Below the pieces are notes generated by a model that saw only the letters and a program-made list of their open reading frames with translations, was not told the DNA's origin and ran no database searches. This document shows positions 63,581 to 64,000 of a stretch of DNA of 64,000 nucleotides, one piece after another (the stretch's first letter is position 1; each line of letters begins with the position of its first letter). This stretch comes from Lama glama (Eukaryota). Made by a program: the position numbers and the translations under genes. The stretch covers positions 10,790,001 to 10,854,000 of the forward strand of contig CM052818.1 of the NCBI GenBank assembly GCA_028534125.1. The letters are read 5' to 3'.

Positions 63581-64000
63581 GACATATATCATTTTTTGAG
63601 CCAAATTTAACAGAGGTGGACTGCCTTAGGGTGTGAGAAGTGTTGTTCTTTTATCATTACTTTTATTCCCAAATTGATAGTCTATACTGAGTCATTTTTG
63701 TTGCTTGAAGGTCTTGGCTTTTGAAACTCAAAGCCAGAAAAATACCTCCTATGTTTCTCTTCTGCTGTCACAGCTCTTCCCTGAGGCAGAAGCATAGAAT
63801 GGTCTAGCTGCCAGTTGAATAATGGAGAAAGTAGGGAAAGTTACAGGGATGGATGGATAAATAGATTTATTATAAAATATATTGCTCCAACTAGATACCT
63901 AGATTTACTTCTGGTTTTACAATTCTAGGATATAATAAAAGCAATTATTTTTGTAGTTCCTTTTGCTAAGTGCTCACTTTCCTGGGTCACCATGATATGA

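Noticed and set aside
1..64000. Known miRNA, tRNA, snRNA, processed pseudogene or host-gene identity
   Set aside because: No mature miRNA or structural RNA I know was spotted by eye and no exon matched a protein I recognise. This is not an exhaustive search; Rfam and BLAT are needed.

Overview
Non-coding mammalian genomic DNA, intronic or intergenic. The 3' UTR of the youngest L1 resembles camelid (alpaca/camel) L1, so a camelid is the likely source (from recalled consensus, not a search). I recognise no host protein-coding exon, RNA gene or lineage-specific SINE. The ORF track is almost all chance ORFs; the only real coding remnants are LINE ORF2 pieces. The window holds a young 5'-truncated L1 (8663-10788) with a 17-bp target-site duplication that spans a 500-N gap, plus many ancient repeats (L1M, L2, MIR, CR1/L3, MLT1, LTR16/33, MER58/MER20/MER5/MER115). 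A transposon-poor block at about 26.4-37.8 kb is rich in homeodomain/SOX/POU motifs and looks like a cluster of distal enhancers. The most unusual signal is three short insertions within 15.8-23.2 kb, each copied from DNA 1-3.4 kb to its right (one direct, two inverted) and each sitting inside an older repeat. There is also a 112-bp microhomology-bounded tandem duplication at the start. Repeat subfamily names come from recalled consensus and old-repeat boundaries are approximate. I see no evidence for a new gene system.
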